A stretch of DNA of 64,000 bases from Terriglobia bacterium (GTDB lineage: Bacteria; Acidobacteriota; Terriglobia; JAJPHL01; JAPKYU01): contig CBDBKE010000002.1 of NCBI GenBank assembly GCA_965206645.1, forward strand, positions 512,001 to 576,000, read 5' to 3'. A program made the position numbers and the translations under genes. Position 1 is the first letter of the stretch, and every line of letters starts with the position of its first letter. The notes under the pieces were generated by a model. That model did not search any database and was not told the origin of the DNA. It was given only the letters and a program-made list of their open reading frames with translations. Positions 52,015 through 62,457 of the stretch are shown here, one piece after another.

Positions 52015-52738
52015 TCGTGCCGGTACGCGCAACCTGCGACCGGCTTTGTGGGTCGTGCTTCTGGTGCTGGCCTCGCTCAGCGCGGCGGCCTGCCCGCCGC
52101 GCGACGAACCGCCGGAGCAGGCGCGCGCCCGCATGGTGCGCGAACAGATCGAAGCGCGTGACGTGCACAACCCGCGGGTGCTGGAGGCCATGCGGAAAGT
52201 GCCCCGGCACCTCTTCGTCAGGCCTTCGCTGGCCAGGCGGGCCTACGACGACACACCCCTACCCACGGCCGCCGGCCAAACCATCTCCCAACCTTACATT
52301 GTGGCCTTCATGACCGAGCAACTACAGCCGGAGAAGGAGCACGTTGCCCTGGAAGTCGGCACCGGATCCGGCTACCAGACCGCGGTGCTGTCCTTGCTGA
52401 TCTCCAAGGTGTACACCATCGAGATTGTGCCTGAGCTGGCGCGGAGCTCGGCAGAGCGGCTCAAGAAACTGGGCTACAACAACGTGGAAGTGCGCCAGGG
52501 CGACGGCAACCATGGCTGGCCTGAGCACGCGCCCTACGACTTGATCATTGTCACCGCGTCGCCCACAGAAATCCCGCCGGCGCTGCTCGACCAGCTGAAG
52601 CCGGGCGGACGCATGGTGATCCCGACAGGCCCCTCGGGGAATCAGCACTTGCGCCTGGTGGAGAAGAATCAGCACGGCCGCTACGTTGTCCGGTCGGTGC
52701 TTCCCGTTTCGTTTGTTCCCCTGGTGCGGGGCCCATAA
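52007..52738 (+). CDS. pcm: Protein-L-isoaspartate O-methyltransferase with N-terminal signal-like peptide
   Basis: GQTISQP, LEVGTGSGY, APYDLIIVTA, FVPL. Confidence 0.93.
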   Translation: MNDRAGTRNLRPALWVVLLVLASLSAAACPPRDEPPEQARARMVREQIEARDVHNPRVLEAMRKVPRHLFVRPSLARRAYDDTPLPTAAGQTISQPYIVAFMTEQLQPEKEHVALEVGTGSGYQTAVLSLLISKVYTIEIVPELARSSAERLKKLGYNNVEVRQGDGNHGWPEHAPYDLIIVTASPTEIPPALLDQLKPGGRMVIPTGPSGNQHLRLVEKNQHGRYVVRSVLPVSFVPLVRGP

Positions 52739-52840
52739 CGAGCCGGCGACTAGCAGGCACGATTTCCGGCACGCCCAGTTCCCGGCAGGCCCAGTTTGGG
52801 CAGGCTTGGATACGTTCTGCCATGATGGATTCATGGTAAA

Positions 52841-53782
52841 ATGAAGGACATGCTGATCCGTATTCCACGCCTCTGGGAAATTCCGGAACGGCTGGCCACC
52901 CCTGAGGACGCAGTTCTGAACCGGCGGCAGCTCTTGCGTGCCGGCGCCATCGGCGCCGCCGCGCTGGGAGCAAGCGGGCTGGCCTTCCCAGAAGCCGCTG
53001 AGGCTGCTGTCGGCCGCAATCCCAAGTACAAGCTGGACCGGCCTCTCACCGACGAGCGCGTCGCGGCCACCTACAACAACTTCTATGAATTCGATCAGCA
53101 GGACAAGACCGCCCCGGCTCGCCTGGCACAGAAGCTGACGACCCATCCCTGGACGATTGAGGTCACCGGATTGGTCCAGAAGAAGCTGAAACTGGACGTC
53201 GAGGACCTGATCCGCAAGATGCCACTGGAGGAGCGCCTCTACCGGTTTCGCTGCGTGGAAGCCTGGGCCATGGCCGTGCCCTGGACCGGCTTTCCCATGA
53301 AGGCCTTCCTAGAGTACGTGAAGCCGCTTTCTTCAGCCAACTTCGTGCGCTTTGTCACTTTCTTCCGGCCCGGCGAGGCTCCCGGCTTCGCGAAGTATCA
53401 CTGGTATCCCTGGCCGTACCACGAGGGGCTGACGATGGCCGAAGCCGCCAATGAAATGACCCTGATGGTCACTGGGATTTTCGGTCATGACCTGCCAAAG
53501 CAGCACGGCGCGCCGATCCGGATGATCGTACCGTGGAAGTACGGCTTCAAGAGCATCAAGAGCATCGTCAAGGTCGAGTTCACCAAGAAGCAGCCACGTA
53601 CCTTCTGGAACACGGTTGCGCCCAAGGAATATGATTTCTGGTCCAACGTGAATCCCAAGGTGCCGCACAAGCGTTGGTCCCAGGCCACCGAACAGATGAT
53701 TGACACGCGCGAGCGGCGGCCGACCCATCCCTACAACGGCTACGGGCAATACGTGGCCCACCTCTACTCCAGAGCCAAGTAA
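52841..53782 (+). CDS. msrP: Periplasmic methionine sulfoxide reductase catalytic subunit (molybdopterin, Tat)
   Basis: NRRQLL, YNNFYEF, RCVEAW, GAPIR..VPWKYGFKSIK. Confidence 0.94.
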   Translation: MKDMLIRIPRLWEIPERLATPEDAVLNRRQLLRAGAIGAAALGASGLAFPEAAEAAVGRNPKYKLDRPLTDERVAATYNNFYEFDQQDKTAPARLAQKLTTHPWTIEVTGLVQKKLKLDVEDLIRKMPLEERLYRFRCVEAWAMAVPWTGFPMKAFLEYVKPLSSANFVRFVTFFRPGEAPGFAKYHWYPWPYHEGLTMAEAANEMTLMVTGIFGHDLPKQHGAPIRMIVPWKYGFKSIKSIVKVEFTKKQPRTFWNTVAPKEYDFWSNVNPKVPHKRWSQATEQMIDTRERRPTHPYNGYGQYVAHLYSRAK

Positions 53783-53893
53783 GCGCTCCGCCTTTTTCCA
53801 ATGGTTTCCACGCTCATGACCGGGCAGGGCCGTCCCTGCCCGGCTCTCGCTTGGCTGGCGTAGCCTCCCGTAGCATGCCGTAGCTGGGCGGCT

Positions 53894-55039
53894 TCAGCGC
53901 TCCAGCACCTGGCGGTAGTAACGCTCGTACTGGGGAAGAATCAAGGTAGCGCAAAAGCGGGTGAGTGCCGTGTTGCGGGCGGCCTCGGCCATGCGCCTCC
54001 GCCGCTCCGGCTCGCGGAGCAGCAGCAGGACGCGCCCAGCCATGGTCTCCGTGTCGCCGACTTCGCTCAGGTAGCCGTCGTGCCCGTCGGTGATGACCTC
54101 CGGAACACCTCCCACCCGGGTGGCGACCGGGATGGCCCCGCAGGCCATGGCTTCCAGCGCCGCCAGCCCGAAAGATTCCATCCCGCTGGGCAGCAGCAAC
54201 ACCTCGCACAGCGGCAGCAGGCGATGCACGTTGTCCTGCTTGCCCAGGAACAACACATCGCGCTCCACGCCCAATTGGCGCGCCACGTACTCGGCGTTGC
54301 CCCGTTCCGGACCGTCGCCGATCATCAGCAGCCTGGCCGGCATTTCCTTTCTCACTCGGGCGAACACAGCGACCACGTCAGCAATCCGTTTGACGGCACG
54401 GAAATTGGACAGGTGGGCTACCAACTGCTCCCCGGCCGGGGCCAGCACGGCCCGGGCCGCCTCATCGCGCTTCGGGTGGTAGAGGTCACAGTTCACGAAG
54501 TTGTGGATGACCTGGATCGGGCGCTGGATTTCCAGCTCCCGTTGGGTGGTCTCGCGCAGGTTGTGGCTGATGGCGGTGACGCCGTCGCTGTACTCGATGG
54601 CGAAGCGGGTGATGGGCAGGTAAGAGTGATCCGTGCCCACCAGGGTGATGTCGGTCCCGTGCAGGGTGGTGACAAAGGGGAGGCGGCGCCCGGACTGGCT
54701 GACCAGCATGGCCTGGGCCAGGTAGGCGCTGACCGAGTGAGGAATCGCGTAGTGCACATGCAGCAGGTCCAGTCCTTCCGCGAAGGCCACCTCGGCCATG
54801 CGGGTGGCCAGTGCCAGCGTGTAGGGCGGGTAGTCGAACAACGGGTAGGTGGTCACCTCCACCTCATGGTAGGTGATATTTTGGGCGATCGAGGAGTCAG
54901 CCGAAAGGTCCAGGCGGATCGGGCGGGCGTAGGTGATGAAATGGACCTGGTGCCCGCGTGCCGCCAATTCCATCCCCAGTTCGGAGGCCACCACCCCGCT
55001 GCCCCCATAGGTCGGATAGCAGGTAATTCCAATCTTCAT
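53894..55039 (-). CDS. bshA: N-acetyl-alpha-D-glucosaminyl L-malate synthase
   Basis: MKIGITCYPTYGGSGVVA, HVHYAIPH, TTLHGTDIT, SNFRAVKR, ESFGL. Confidence 0.93.
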   Translation of the reverse strand: MKIGITCYPTYGGSGVVASELGMELAARGHQVHFITYARPIRLDLSADSSIAQNITYHEVEVTTYPLFDYPPYTLALATRMAEVAFAEGLDLLHVHYAIPHSVSAYLAQAMLVSQSGRRLPFVTTLHGTDITLVGTDHSYLPITRFAIEYSDGVTAISHNLRETTQRELEIQRPIQVIHNFVNCDLYHPKRDEAARAVLAPAGEQLVAHLSNFRAVKRIADVVAVFARVRKEMPARLLMIGDGPERGNAEYVARQLGVERDVLFLGKQDNVHRLLPLCEVLLLPSGMESFGLAALEAMACGAIPVATRVGGVPEVITDGHDGYLSEVGDTETMAGRVLLLLREPERRRRMAEAARNTALTRFCATLILPQYERYYRQVLER

Positions 55040-55296
55040 GCACCTTCAGTGTAATACGCCTTTGGCTAAGGAACGCTCAAGACCACCGGGTCGGTCTTTC
55101 GTTTCACCACCAAGTCGCAAAGACATCGGCGCGTGGTTAGTCGTGCTCATCGTTGTGCTCATCAGGGAAGCGCCCAGCTCAGTCTTCCAGAAGACGCGGA
55201 AAAGCCAACACTGGCGGGGAATTATAGAAAATTCCGATGACCCGGATAACCAGCTTCAGTTGCGCGTTTTCACGCGCTATGGTGAACTGGAAAGCT

Positions 55297-57903
55297 ATGC
55301 CAGGCAGTCGTAGCTCGGCGCCGAGTAAAGTCAAGGCCGCGCCCACTTATCAGCGCCGCTCCGCCCAGCTCCGCGAAGAGTTTCTTGCCTCCGGGGACGG
55401 ATACGCTCTGGTTCGCGGGCGGTCGGCAGCCGTGGACGAGATAGTGCTGTCGGCCTACACCCGGTACTTGTCTGCGGATCCCATCGGCCCCTCCGGCTTC
55501 TGCCTGGCGGCCCTTGGAGGATACGGCCGCCGAGAGCTGTTCCCTCACTCCGATGTGGACTTGCTGCTGCTGTTTGCCCGTCAAGTAGGGCAGCCAGTCA
55601 CCCGCGAGCAAATCGCCGAGTTCCTCCGGGAACTTTGGGACGCCGGGCTGCGCCTGGGACACTCGGTCCGACTGCTGGCCGAATGCGGCACGCTGGCGGA
55701 GGGCAATACCGAATTCAGCGTGGCCCTGATGGATGCGCGCTTCGTGGCCGGCGATCGGGCACTGTTCGACCGGCTGCAACAGGAAACGCTGCCGCGCCTG
55801 GTGCAGCGTGAACGGACGGTACTGCTGCGTAACCTGATAAGCCTGGCCGAATTCCGCCACAAGAAATTTGGCCAAACCATCTACCACCTGGAACCCGACG
55901 TCAAGGAATCGCCCGGAGGGTTGCGCGACTACCAGCTCGCCTGCTGGCTGTCGCGGATTTTGCGCGCCGAGGAAAAGAGCGTGCCGCCCCGGGAGGAGTT
56001 GCCCGAGACGGCGCGGCGCGAGGTGGCCGACGCCCACCAGTTTCTCGCTGCGGCCCGGGTCCAACTGCATCTGCTGTGCGGGCGCGACGCTAACACGCTC
56101 AGCTTCGACCTGCAGGAAGAGCTGGCGAGGCAGGGCCGACCGGGCCAGGGCGAGACTAGCGCGGAACACCCCGGCGCGGAACAGTGGATGCGGTCTTATT
56201 TTGGCCACGTGCGCCACATCTATCGGATGGTCAGCCACTCCCTGCGCCAGTCGGCCGCGCCGCGTTCTACGCTTTCCCGCTGGCTGCAGCAGCGGCAGGA
56301 GCGCTTTTCCAACACCGACTTTGCGGTCCACAGCGGCGAGGTGTTCCTGCGCAATCCCATCCACGCGCAACGGGACCCGGGCCTGTGGCTGGATCTGTTT
56401 GAGTTTCAAGCCCGGCACGGGGTCGCTCTGAGCCTGGAAACGGAACGACGCCTCGATCGTCAGCTCGCCGAACTGGCTGAGTGGGCACAGCAGGCTCCCC
56501 ATCTGTGGCCCCGCTTCCGTCGCATTCTGGCGCTGCCACACGCCTATACGGCCCTGGCGGCCATGCATGAACTGGGAATGTTGGGGGCGCTGTTCCCCGA
56601 GTTTCGCCTGATCGAGTCGCTCGTGATCCGGGACCTCTATCACAAATACACGGTGGACGAGCACTCCCTGCTGACCATCAAACACCTGCAAGAACTGAAA
56701 CCCTTGGCCGGACGCAAGGAACCTGAGCGCACGCCCGAGGGCCGTTTCCCGGCCCGCTTCGCCGAAGTGTTCGCCGAGCTGGACCATCCTGAGCCGATGT
56801 TGCTAGCCCTGCTCTTCCATGACCTTGGCAAGAGCGGGTACGGCGAGCATGTACAAGTTTCGCTGCGGCTGCTGGATCCCATTCTGGCCCGATTAAAAAT
56901 GGAGGAAGCCGAGTTGGACCTGGTCCGGTTCCTGGTGGGAAACCATCTGTTGATGTCCACCACCCTCGGCACCCGCGATCTGTCTGACCCGGAGACGATC
57001 CAAGAGTTTGCCGCCCGCATGGGAACCACGGAACGGTTGAAGATGCTTTGCCTGTTCACCTACGCCGACATCCAGTCGGTGAACCCCGGCGCGCTGACGC
57101 CGTGGAAGGAAGAGATGCTGTGGCAGCTCTACCTGGCCGCCCACAATGAACTCACCCGGCAACTGGACACTGACCGCGCCGAGCCCGGGGAAATGGCCAT
57201 GTCGTTTCGCCCCGAAGTAACCGCGTTCCTGGAGGGCTTCCCCCGGCGCTACCTGAAGACGCATACCCCGGCCGAAATTCTGGCGCACTTCGGGCTGGCC
57301 CAGCAGCTGGCGCATCGGCCGGTCCAGTTTTCGCTGAGCCGCCATCATGGCCACCACCAGTTGTTGGTCCTCACCTTCGATCACCCGTTCCTGTTTGCTG
57401 CCATCACCGGGGCCCTGGCGGCCTTCGGGACAAACATCCACAAGGTGGAAGCCTTCTCCAACCGGCAGGGTATCGTGCTGGACACCTTCCAGTTCGTGGA
57501 CCTGCACCGGACGCTGGAATTGAATTCCGAGGAGTCGGAGCGCCTGCTGAAGATGCTGGAAGACGCCATCCTGGGCAAGACGGACGTGGCCAAGATGATT
57601 GCCGGGAGGCTGGACCGGCCCGTACCCGGACGGGCCAGCTATCGCGTGGAAACGCGGGTCCGCTTCGACAGCTCGGCCTCGGCCTACAGCACCCTGCTGG
57701 AGGTGATCACCCGCGACCGGCCCGGCTTGCTCTACCGCATCTCCAACGTTCTTTCGGCGCACGGCTGCAACATCGAAGTCGTGCTCGCCGACACCCAGGG
57801 ACCCATGGTCATTGACGTTTTCTACGTCACTCGCGAGGGCGGCCCGCTGGATCCTGAGTGGCAGTCGGCGCTGGAAAAGGAACTGTGCCGCGTTCTGGAG
57901 TAG
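55297..57903 (+). CDS. glnD: [Protein-PII] uridylyltransferase
   Basis: GGYGRRELFPHSDVDL, GGLRD, HKYTVDEH, HD domain and two ACT domains. Confidence 0.94.
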   Translation: MPGSRSSAPSKVKAAPTYQRRSAQLREEFLASGDGYALVRGRSAAVDEIVLSAYTRYLSADPIGPSGFCLAALGGYGRRELFPHSDVDLLLLFARQVGQPVTREQIAEFLRELWDAGLRLGHSVRLLAECGTLAEGNTEFSVALMDARFVAGDRALFDRLQQETLPRLVQRERTVLLRNLISLAEFRHKKFGQTIYHLEPDVKESPGGLRDYQLACWLSRILRAEEKSVPPREELPETARREVADAHQFLAAARVQLHLLCGRDANTLSFDLQEELARQGRPGQGETSAEHPGAEQWMRSYFGHVRHIYRMVSHSLRQSAAPRSTLSRWLQQRQERFSNTDFAVHSGEVFLRNPIHAQRDPGLWLDLFEFQARHGVALSLETERRLDRQLAELAEWAQQAPHLWPRFRRILALPHAYTALAAMHELGMLGALFPEFRLIESLVIRDLYHKYTVDEHSLLTIKHLQELKPLAGRKEPERTPEGRFPARFAEVFAELDHPEPMLLALLFHDLGKSGYGEHVQVSLRLLDPILARLKMEEAELDLVRFLVGNHLLMSTTLGTRDLSDPETIQEFAARMGTTERLKMLCLFTYADIQSVNPGALTPWKEEMLWQLYLAAHNELTRQLDTDRAEPGEMAMSFRPEVTAFLEGFPRRYLKTHTPAEILAHFGLAQQLAHRPVQFSLSRHHGHHQLLVLTFDHPFLFAAITGALAAFGTNIHKVEAFSNRQGIVLDTFQFVDLHRTLELNSEESERLLKMLEDAILGKTDVAKMIAGRLDRPVPGRASYRVETRVRFDSSASAYSTLLEVITRDRPGLLYRISNVLSAHGCNIEVVLADTQGPMVIDVFYVTREGGPLDPEWQSALEKELCRVLE

Positions 57904-57961
57904 GGGCGAACGGCTTGCTGCACTCGTGGCGCGGGCTCTGCCGGGGAGATTCAGAGGCCCG

Positions 57962-59278
57962 CTATGCCAGGTCGCGCAATTCGCTCATCCGAAGGCGCAC
58001 GACGGCAGTGATGGCCAGCGCGACCAGGCAAAGCGAAGCCAGTGCCTCTGGGGCTCCGATGTGCTCGGCCACCGCGCCAGCCAACAGGCCGCCGAGTGGA
58101 GCCAAGCCCAGGAAGGCCATCGCGTGCGTGGCCATGATGCGGCCGCGCATCTCGGGGGCAACGTACTTCTGAAGCAGGTTGTTAATGGTGGAGAAGGCGG
58201 TCACCATGGTGGCGCCGGTTAGCGCCAGGGCCACCAGCGCCAGATCAAACCGGCGGGAAAGGGCAAAAACGACCAGCGCGGCGTAAAACAGCAGCGCAGA
58301 GTGCAGCGCGAAGGCGCCTTTCCGCGACCGGTCGCCGCGCCAGGCCAGCAGCAGGGCGCCCGACAGCGCGCCGACCCCGGCCGACCCCATCAGGTATCCG
58401 AAGCCGCGCGGCCCCACCTCCAGGACGTCGCGCGCGAACACGGGCATCAGCACGATATAGGGCATGCCGCAGAAGCTCGCCAGCGCCTCCAGCAGGATCA
58501 AGGTGCGCAGCACGCGGTGTCGGCGCAGGTAGTAAAAGGTAGCCAGCAGCGGCTTCCAAAGCCGACCGGAGCTTCCGGCATCGGCGGCGGCGCGGGCCGG
58601 CAGGCGAATCCGCGCCAGCGCCAACAGCAGCGCCAGGAAGCTAAAGGCATTCAGGTAGAAGCAGCCGGCGACTCCGATGCGGTCCATAGCCAAGCCTGCC
58701 AGGGCGGGCCCCAGCATGCGAGACAAGTTGTACTGGGCTGAGTTCAACGCGATCGCGTTGGTCAGATCCTCGGCCCCCACCAGTTCGGGCAGGCTGGCCT
58801 GGTAAGCCGGCGTGTTCATGGCCATTGCCATTCCCGACAGGAACGAGAGCACCAGGATATGCCGGATGTTGACGATGTCCAGCGAGGTCAGCAAGGCCAG
58901 CAGAAACGCCAGGACCATCAGCGCCGACTGCGCCAGCAGCATCACTCGGCGGCGATCGGCGCGGTCGGCGATGACCCCGCCGAGCGGAGTGAACAATAGC
59001 AGCGGAATCCAGGAGGTGAACCCCACCAGTCCCAGCCAAAACGGGGAATCGGTCAGCTGCAGAACCAGCCAGCCCTGCGCCAGGGTGTACATCCAGGTGC
59101 CGGTGTTGGAGATGAAGTTGCCGCTCCAAAACAACCGGTACTGCGGGTGCCGCAGTGCGCGAAACATCCGGCGCACCGGTGGCTGCGGAACCGGGGCCAC
59201 CGGTACTTCCGGCTCGACGACCTGCGCTAGCTTGCTGACTTCGGTGCTGGAATCCGGATTCGGCATGCAAGGATTCAC
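57962..59278 (-). CDS. MFS transporter (MFS_3/DUF894-like)
   Basis: GGVIADRADRRR, AIALNS, about 12 TM helices. Confidence 0.9.
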   Translation of the reverse strand: MNPCMPNPDSSTEVSKLAQVVEPEVPVAPVPQPPVRRMFRALRHPQYRLFWSGNFISNTGTWMYTLAQGWLVLQLTDSPFWLGLVGFTSWIPLLLFTPLGGVIADRADRRRVMLLAQSALMVLAFLLALLTSLDIVNIRHILVLSFLSGMAMAMNTPAYQASLPELVGAEDLTNAIALNSAQYNLSRMLGPALAGLAMDRIGVAGCFYLNAFSFLALLLALARIRLPARAAADAGSSGRLWKPLLATFYYLRRHRVLRTLILLEALASFCGMPYIVLMPVFARDVLEVGPRGFGYLMGSAGVGALSGALLLAWRGDRSRKGAFALHSALLFYAALVVFALSRRFDLALVALALTGATMVTAFSTINNLLQKYVAPEMRGRIMATHAMAFLGLAPLGGLLAGAVAEHIGAPEALASLCLVALAITAVVRLRMSELRDLA

Positions 59279-59322
59279 CGCCAGCGGCAGAACAGCCTGG
59301 CCGGCTTCTGCGGCGCTGGCGG

Positions 59323-59670
59323 CTAGGATTGGCTCTTGAACACCCCAACCACGTTTCCTTCCGGGTCGGCAAACATGCCCATGGCTCCCATACCTGGAAT
59401 CGGCGTGTTGGGAACGACCACCTTGCCGCCAAGCTCTCCCGCTTTCTTCAGGGAAGCGTCAATGTCGTCCACTTGTACATAGAAGGTCACGTAATTGGGA
59501 GCGCCTGCAGGTGGCTTGAAGATGCCACCATTCAGGCCCCCGGTGTTGGTCATCCCGTAATTCATCGGGTTGTTAGAATCAATGTTCCACTCAAACAGGG
59601 CGCTGTAGAACTTCTTGGCCTGTTCGGCATCTTTCACCGCAATTTCCCAGTGCACCACAGGGTTGGGCAT
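59323..59670 (-). CDS. VOC/glyoxalase family protein
   Basis: VVHWEI, FYSALF, FADPEGN. Confidence 0.9.
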   Translation of the reverse strand: MPNPVVHWEIAVKDAEQAKKFYSALFEWNIDSNNPMNYGMTNTGGLNGGIFKPPAGAPNYVTFYVQVDDIDASLKKAGELGGKVVVPNTPIPGMGAMGMFADPEGNVVGVFKSQS

Positions 59671-59875
59671 AGCGTCTCCTTCTGAGGATTTTTCAGGAAC
59701 ACCCACGTATTGCAAACATCGAAGAAGCCGGGAAGCGGGAAAGGATATCAGACGGTTTGCCGCACTGTCGAGAAGCTTTCCGCGAACGCTGCGGGCCTGC
59801 GTCACGTCGCACGATTCGATGGCTTCTCGCCAATTTCCTGCGTCGCTATCGGCCCGGCGTAGTATAACCACTGCC

Positions 59876-60748
59876 ATGAACGACCCTCAAACACAGCGCG
59901 AGAATCGCGCACCGGCCCTGGCGTACGAAAAGGCGAAATTCCTGGCCAGCCCCGACGCCCGCGCGCTACGCGTTCTTTCCGAATACATGGAGCCGCTGGC
60001 TCGATTCCGGCGCCAGAACATCCAGGACACGGTGGTGTTTTTCGGCTCGGCCCGCGTGCACAGCCGCCAGGAGGCGGAACGGCAGCTCCAGGCGTTGAAG
60101 CAAGCCGGCGACGCAAACCGCGATCCACAGCTTGCGGAGCAGGTTAAGGAGGCTGGAGTCGCGCTGAACTGGTCGCGCTACTATGAGGAAGCACGGGAGT
60201 TGGCGCGACTGCTGACCGCCTGGGCCAAGCCCCTGCCATTTGCCCGCCGCCGGTTTGTCGTGTGCTCCGGCGGTGGACCAGGCATTATGGAAGCGGCCAA
60301 TCGGGGCGCCTCCGAAGCCGGGGGAAAGAGCATCGGCCTCAATATCTCCCTCCCCTTCGAACAACCCCCGAACCCCTATATCACCCCTGAGCTAAGCTTC
60401 CAGTTTCATTATTTCTTCATGAGGAAGTTCTGGTTCGTGTATCTAGCCAAGGCGGTGGTGATTTTCCCGGGCGGCTTCGGTACGCTGGATGAGCTATTTG
60501 AACTGCTGACCCTGGTCCAGACCAACCGGCTTGCCAAGCGAATAGCCGTCCTCATCTACGGCCGCCAGTACTGGGACAGTGTTCTGCGTCTGGAGAAGCT
60601 GGCCGAGTGGGGCGCCATTAGTCCGGAAGATCTGGAGTTGTTCCAGTACGCGGACTCGCCGCAGGAGGGTTTCGACGTACTCAAAGGCTACCTGGAAACG
60701 AACCACCTGCACCTGCCAGCTGCCGAAGAAGAAGGCCCAGACATTTAA
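59876..60748 (+). CDS. LOG family protein
   Basis: FGSAR, GGGPGIMEAAN, PGGFGTLDE. Confidence 0.92.
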   Translation: MNDPQTQRENRAPALAYEKAKFLASPDARALRVLSEYMEPLARFRRQNIQDTVVFFGSARVHSRQEAERQLQALKQAGDANRDPQLAEQVKEAGVALNWSRYYEEARELARLLTAWAKPLPFARRRFVVCSGGGPGIMEAANRGASEAGGKSIGLNISLPFEQPPNPYITPELSFQFHYFFMRKFWFVYLAKAVVIFPGGFGTLDELFELLTLVQTNRLAKRIAVLIYGRQYWDSVLRLEKLAEWGAISPEDLELFQYADSPQEGFDVLKGYLETNHLHLPAAEEEGPDI

Positions 60749-60821
60749 TGCCGGACATTTAATAATAGAAGCGCCTGCGAATCTGAATGCTGCGCACCTG
60801 CCCGGAGATAAGCTAGCTGCG

Positions 60822-62372
60822 ATGGGCCACCGCGCGTATGCGAGAGCTGCGCCACTTGCTGCGGGGCCGTGTCCGCGCCGCAGCGAATCGGAGGTCCTGG
60901 AGCCCTACGTCGAGGACGCCTCCGGGTTTACCGGACGCGCCGAATTGCTGCTGCTTCCCGACGATGAAGCCCAGGTCAGCGCCGTGCTGCGCGAAGCGGG
61001 GCGCACCGAGACGCCGGTGACAGTCTCAGGCGCCGGCACCGGGCTCACAGGAGCCCGGGTGGCGCAGGGCGGCTGGGTACTGTCTGTGGAGCGGCTAAAC
61101 CGCATTCTCGAAATTGCCCCGGGAGGCACGCGCATTCAGCCAGGAGTTTTGCTGAAAGAATTGCAAGCGACGGCCCAGCAGACCGGGCAGTTCTACCCGC
61201 CGGATCCCACCGAGATCCACGCCAGCATCGGGGGCACCATCGCCTGCAACGCTTCCGGTGCGCGCAGCTTCAAGTATGGGGCGACACGCCGCCACGTGCG
61301 CCGCCTGCGGCTGGTGTTACCCAACGGCGATCTGCTGGAACTCGTGCGCGGCGAGGTGACAGCCAACGCCGCAGGATGCTTCCAGATGGTGCTGGCCAGC
61401 GGCGACATGCGCGAAATTCGTCTGCCCGATTTTCCCATGCCCGCCACCACCAAGCACTCCGCCGGCTACTGGTTTCGGCCGGGCATGGACCTTGTGGACT
61501 TGTTCATTGGTTCGGAAGGAACCCTGGGCGTGGTGACCGAAGCCGAGCTGGCGCTGCTGCCCTGGCCCGGCGAGGTCCTGGGCGGCGTCATCTTTTACTC
61601 TAGCGAGAGGGCCGCACTGGACTTTGCGACCCGAGCGCAGCGCCTCGCCCACGACTCGCAGTGGGCCGGCCCGGCCTGCGCGCGACTGCTGGAGTTTTTC
61701 GATCACAACTCGCTGGCCCTGCTGCGCCTGCACCGTTACCCGGAAATTCCTGCCCAGGCCCAGGCCGCGATTCTGCTGGAGCAGGAAATCGGCAGCAGCC
61801 CGCGGGAAGAGGCGGCCGAGCGCTGGCTGGAGGTGATCGGGGAACAGGACGCGTTGCTGGAGGATTCCTGGTTTGCTGTTTCGGCCGCGGAGCGGGAAAA
61901 GTTCCGGGAATTTCGCCACGCCATCGCCCTGATCGTCAACGACACCGCCCGGCTCAACGGCTATCCCAAGCTAGCCACCGACCAAGCGGTCCCCGTAGAG
62001 CGGACTCAGGAAATTCTCGCCTTCTACCACCACGAACTGGACGCCCTGTTTGCCGGCGCCAACCCGCCCCAGTACACCATCTACGGCCACATCGGCGACG
62101 GCCACCTGCATGTAAACATGCTGCCAACCAATGAAGCCGACTTCGGCGCAGCCAAATCTCTGCTGCTGAAATTCGCCGCGCGGGCGGTGAAGCTGGGCGG
62201 CACGGTGGGGGCCGAGCATGGCCTGGGCAAGAGCAAAGCCCACCTGCTCAAGCTGCTGTATCCGCCGGAGGTGCTCGAGGCCATGTGGCGCATCAAGCTG
62301 GCCCTGGACCCCAAGAACCTGCTCAACCGCGGCAACCTGTTCGGGACCAGTCCCCTGCTCCAGCCTGCCTAG
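60822..62372 (+). CDS. FAD-linked oxidase (GlcD/D-2-hydroxyacid dehydrogenase-like)
   Basis: GAGTGL, YPPDP, GSEGTLG, GHIGDGHLH, AEHGLG. Confidence 0.92.
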   Translation: MGHRAYARAAPLAAGPCPRRSESEVLEPYVEDASGFTGRAELLLLPDDEAQVSAVLREAGRTETPVTVSGAGTGLTGARVAQGGWVLSVERLNRILEIAPGGTRIQPGVLLKELQATAQQTGQFYPPDPTEIHASIGGTIACNASGARSFKYGATRRHVRRLRLVLPNGDLLELVRGEVTANAAGCFQMVLASGDMREIRLPDFPMPATTKHSAGYWFRPGMDLVDLFIGSEGTLGVVTEAELALLPWPGEVLGGVIFYSSERAALDFATRAQRLAHDSQWAGPACARLLEFFDHNSLALLRLHRYPEIPAQAQAAILLEQEIGSSPREEAAERWLEVIGEQDALLEDSWFAVSAAEREKFREFRHAIALIVNDTARLNGYPKLATDQAVPVERTQEILAFYHHELDALFAGANPPQYTIYGHIGDGHLHVNMLPTNEADFGAAKSLLLKFAARAVKLGGTVGAEHGLGKSKAHLLKLLYPPEVLEAMWRIKLALDPKNLLNRGNLFGTSPLLQPA

Positions 62373-62457
62373 CGCATCTGTTGCATTTCCATCCTGAGCA
62401 CAGCCAGAGTCGAGGGGAGTGCCTTGCGAAGAAAGGGATGACAGCGAAGGGCAAAAA

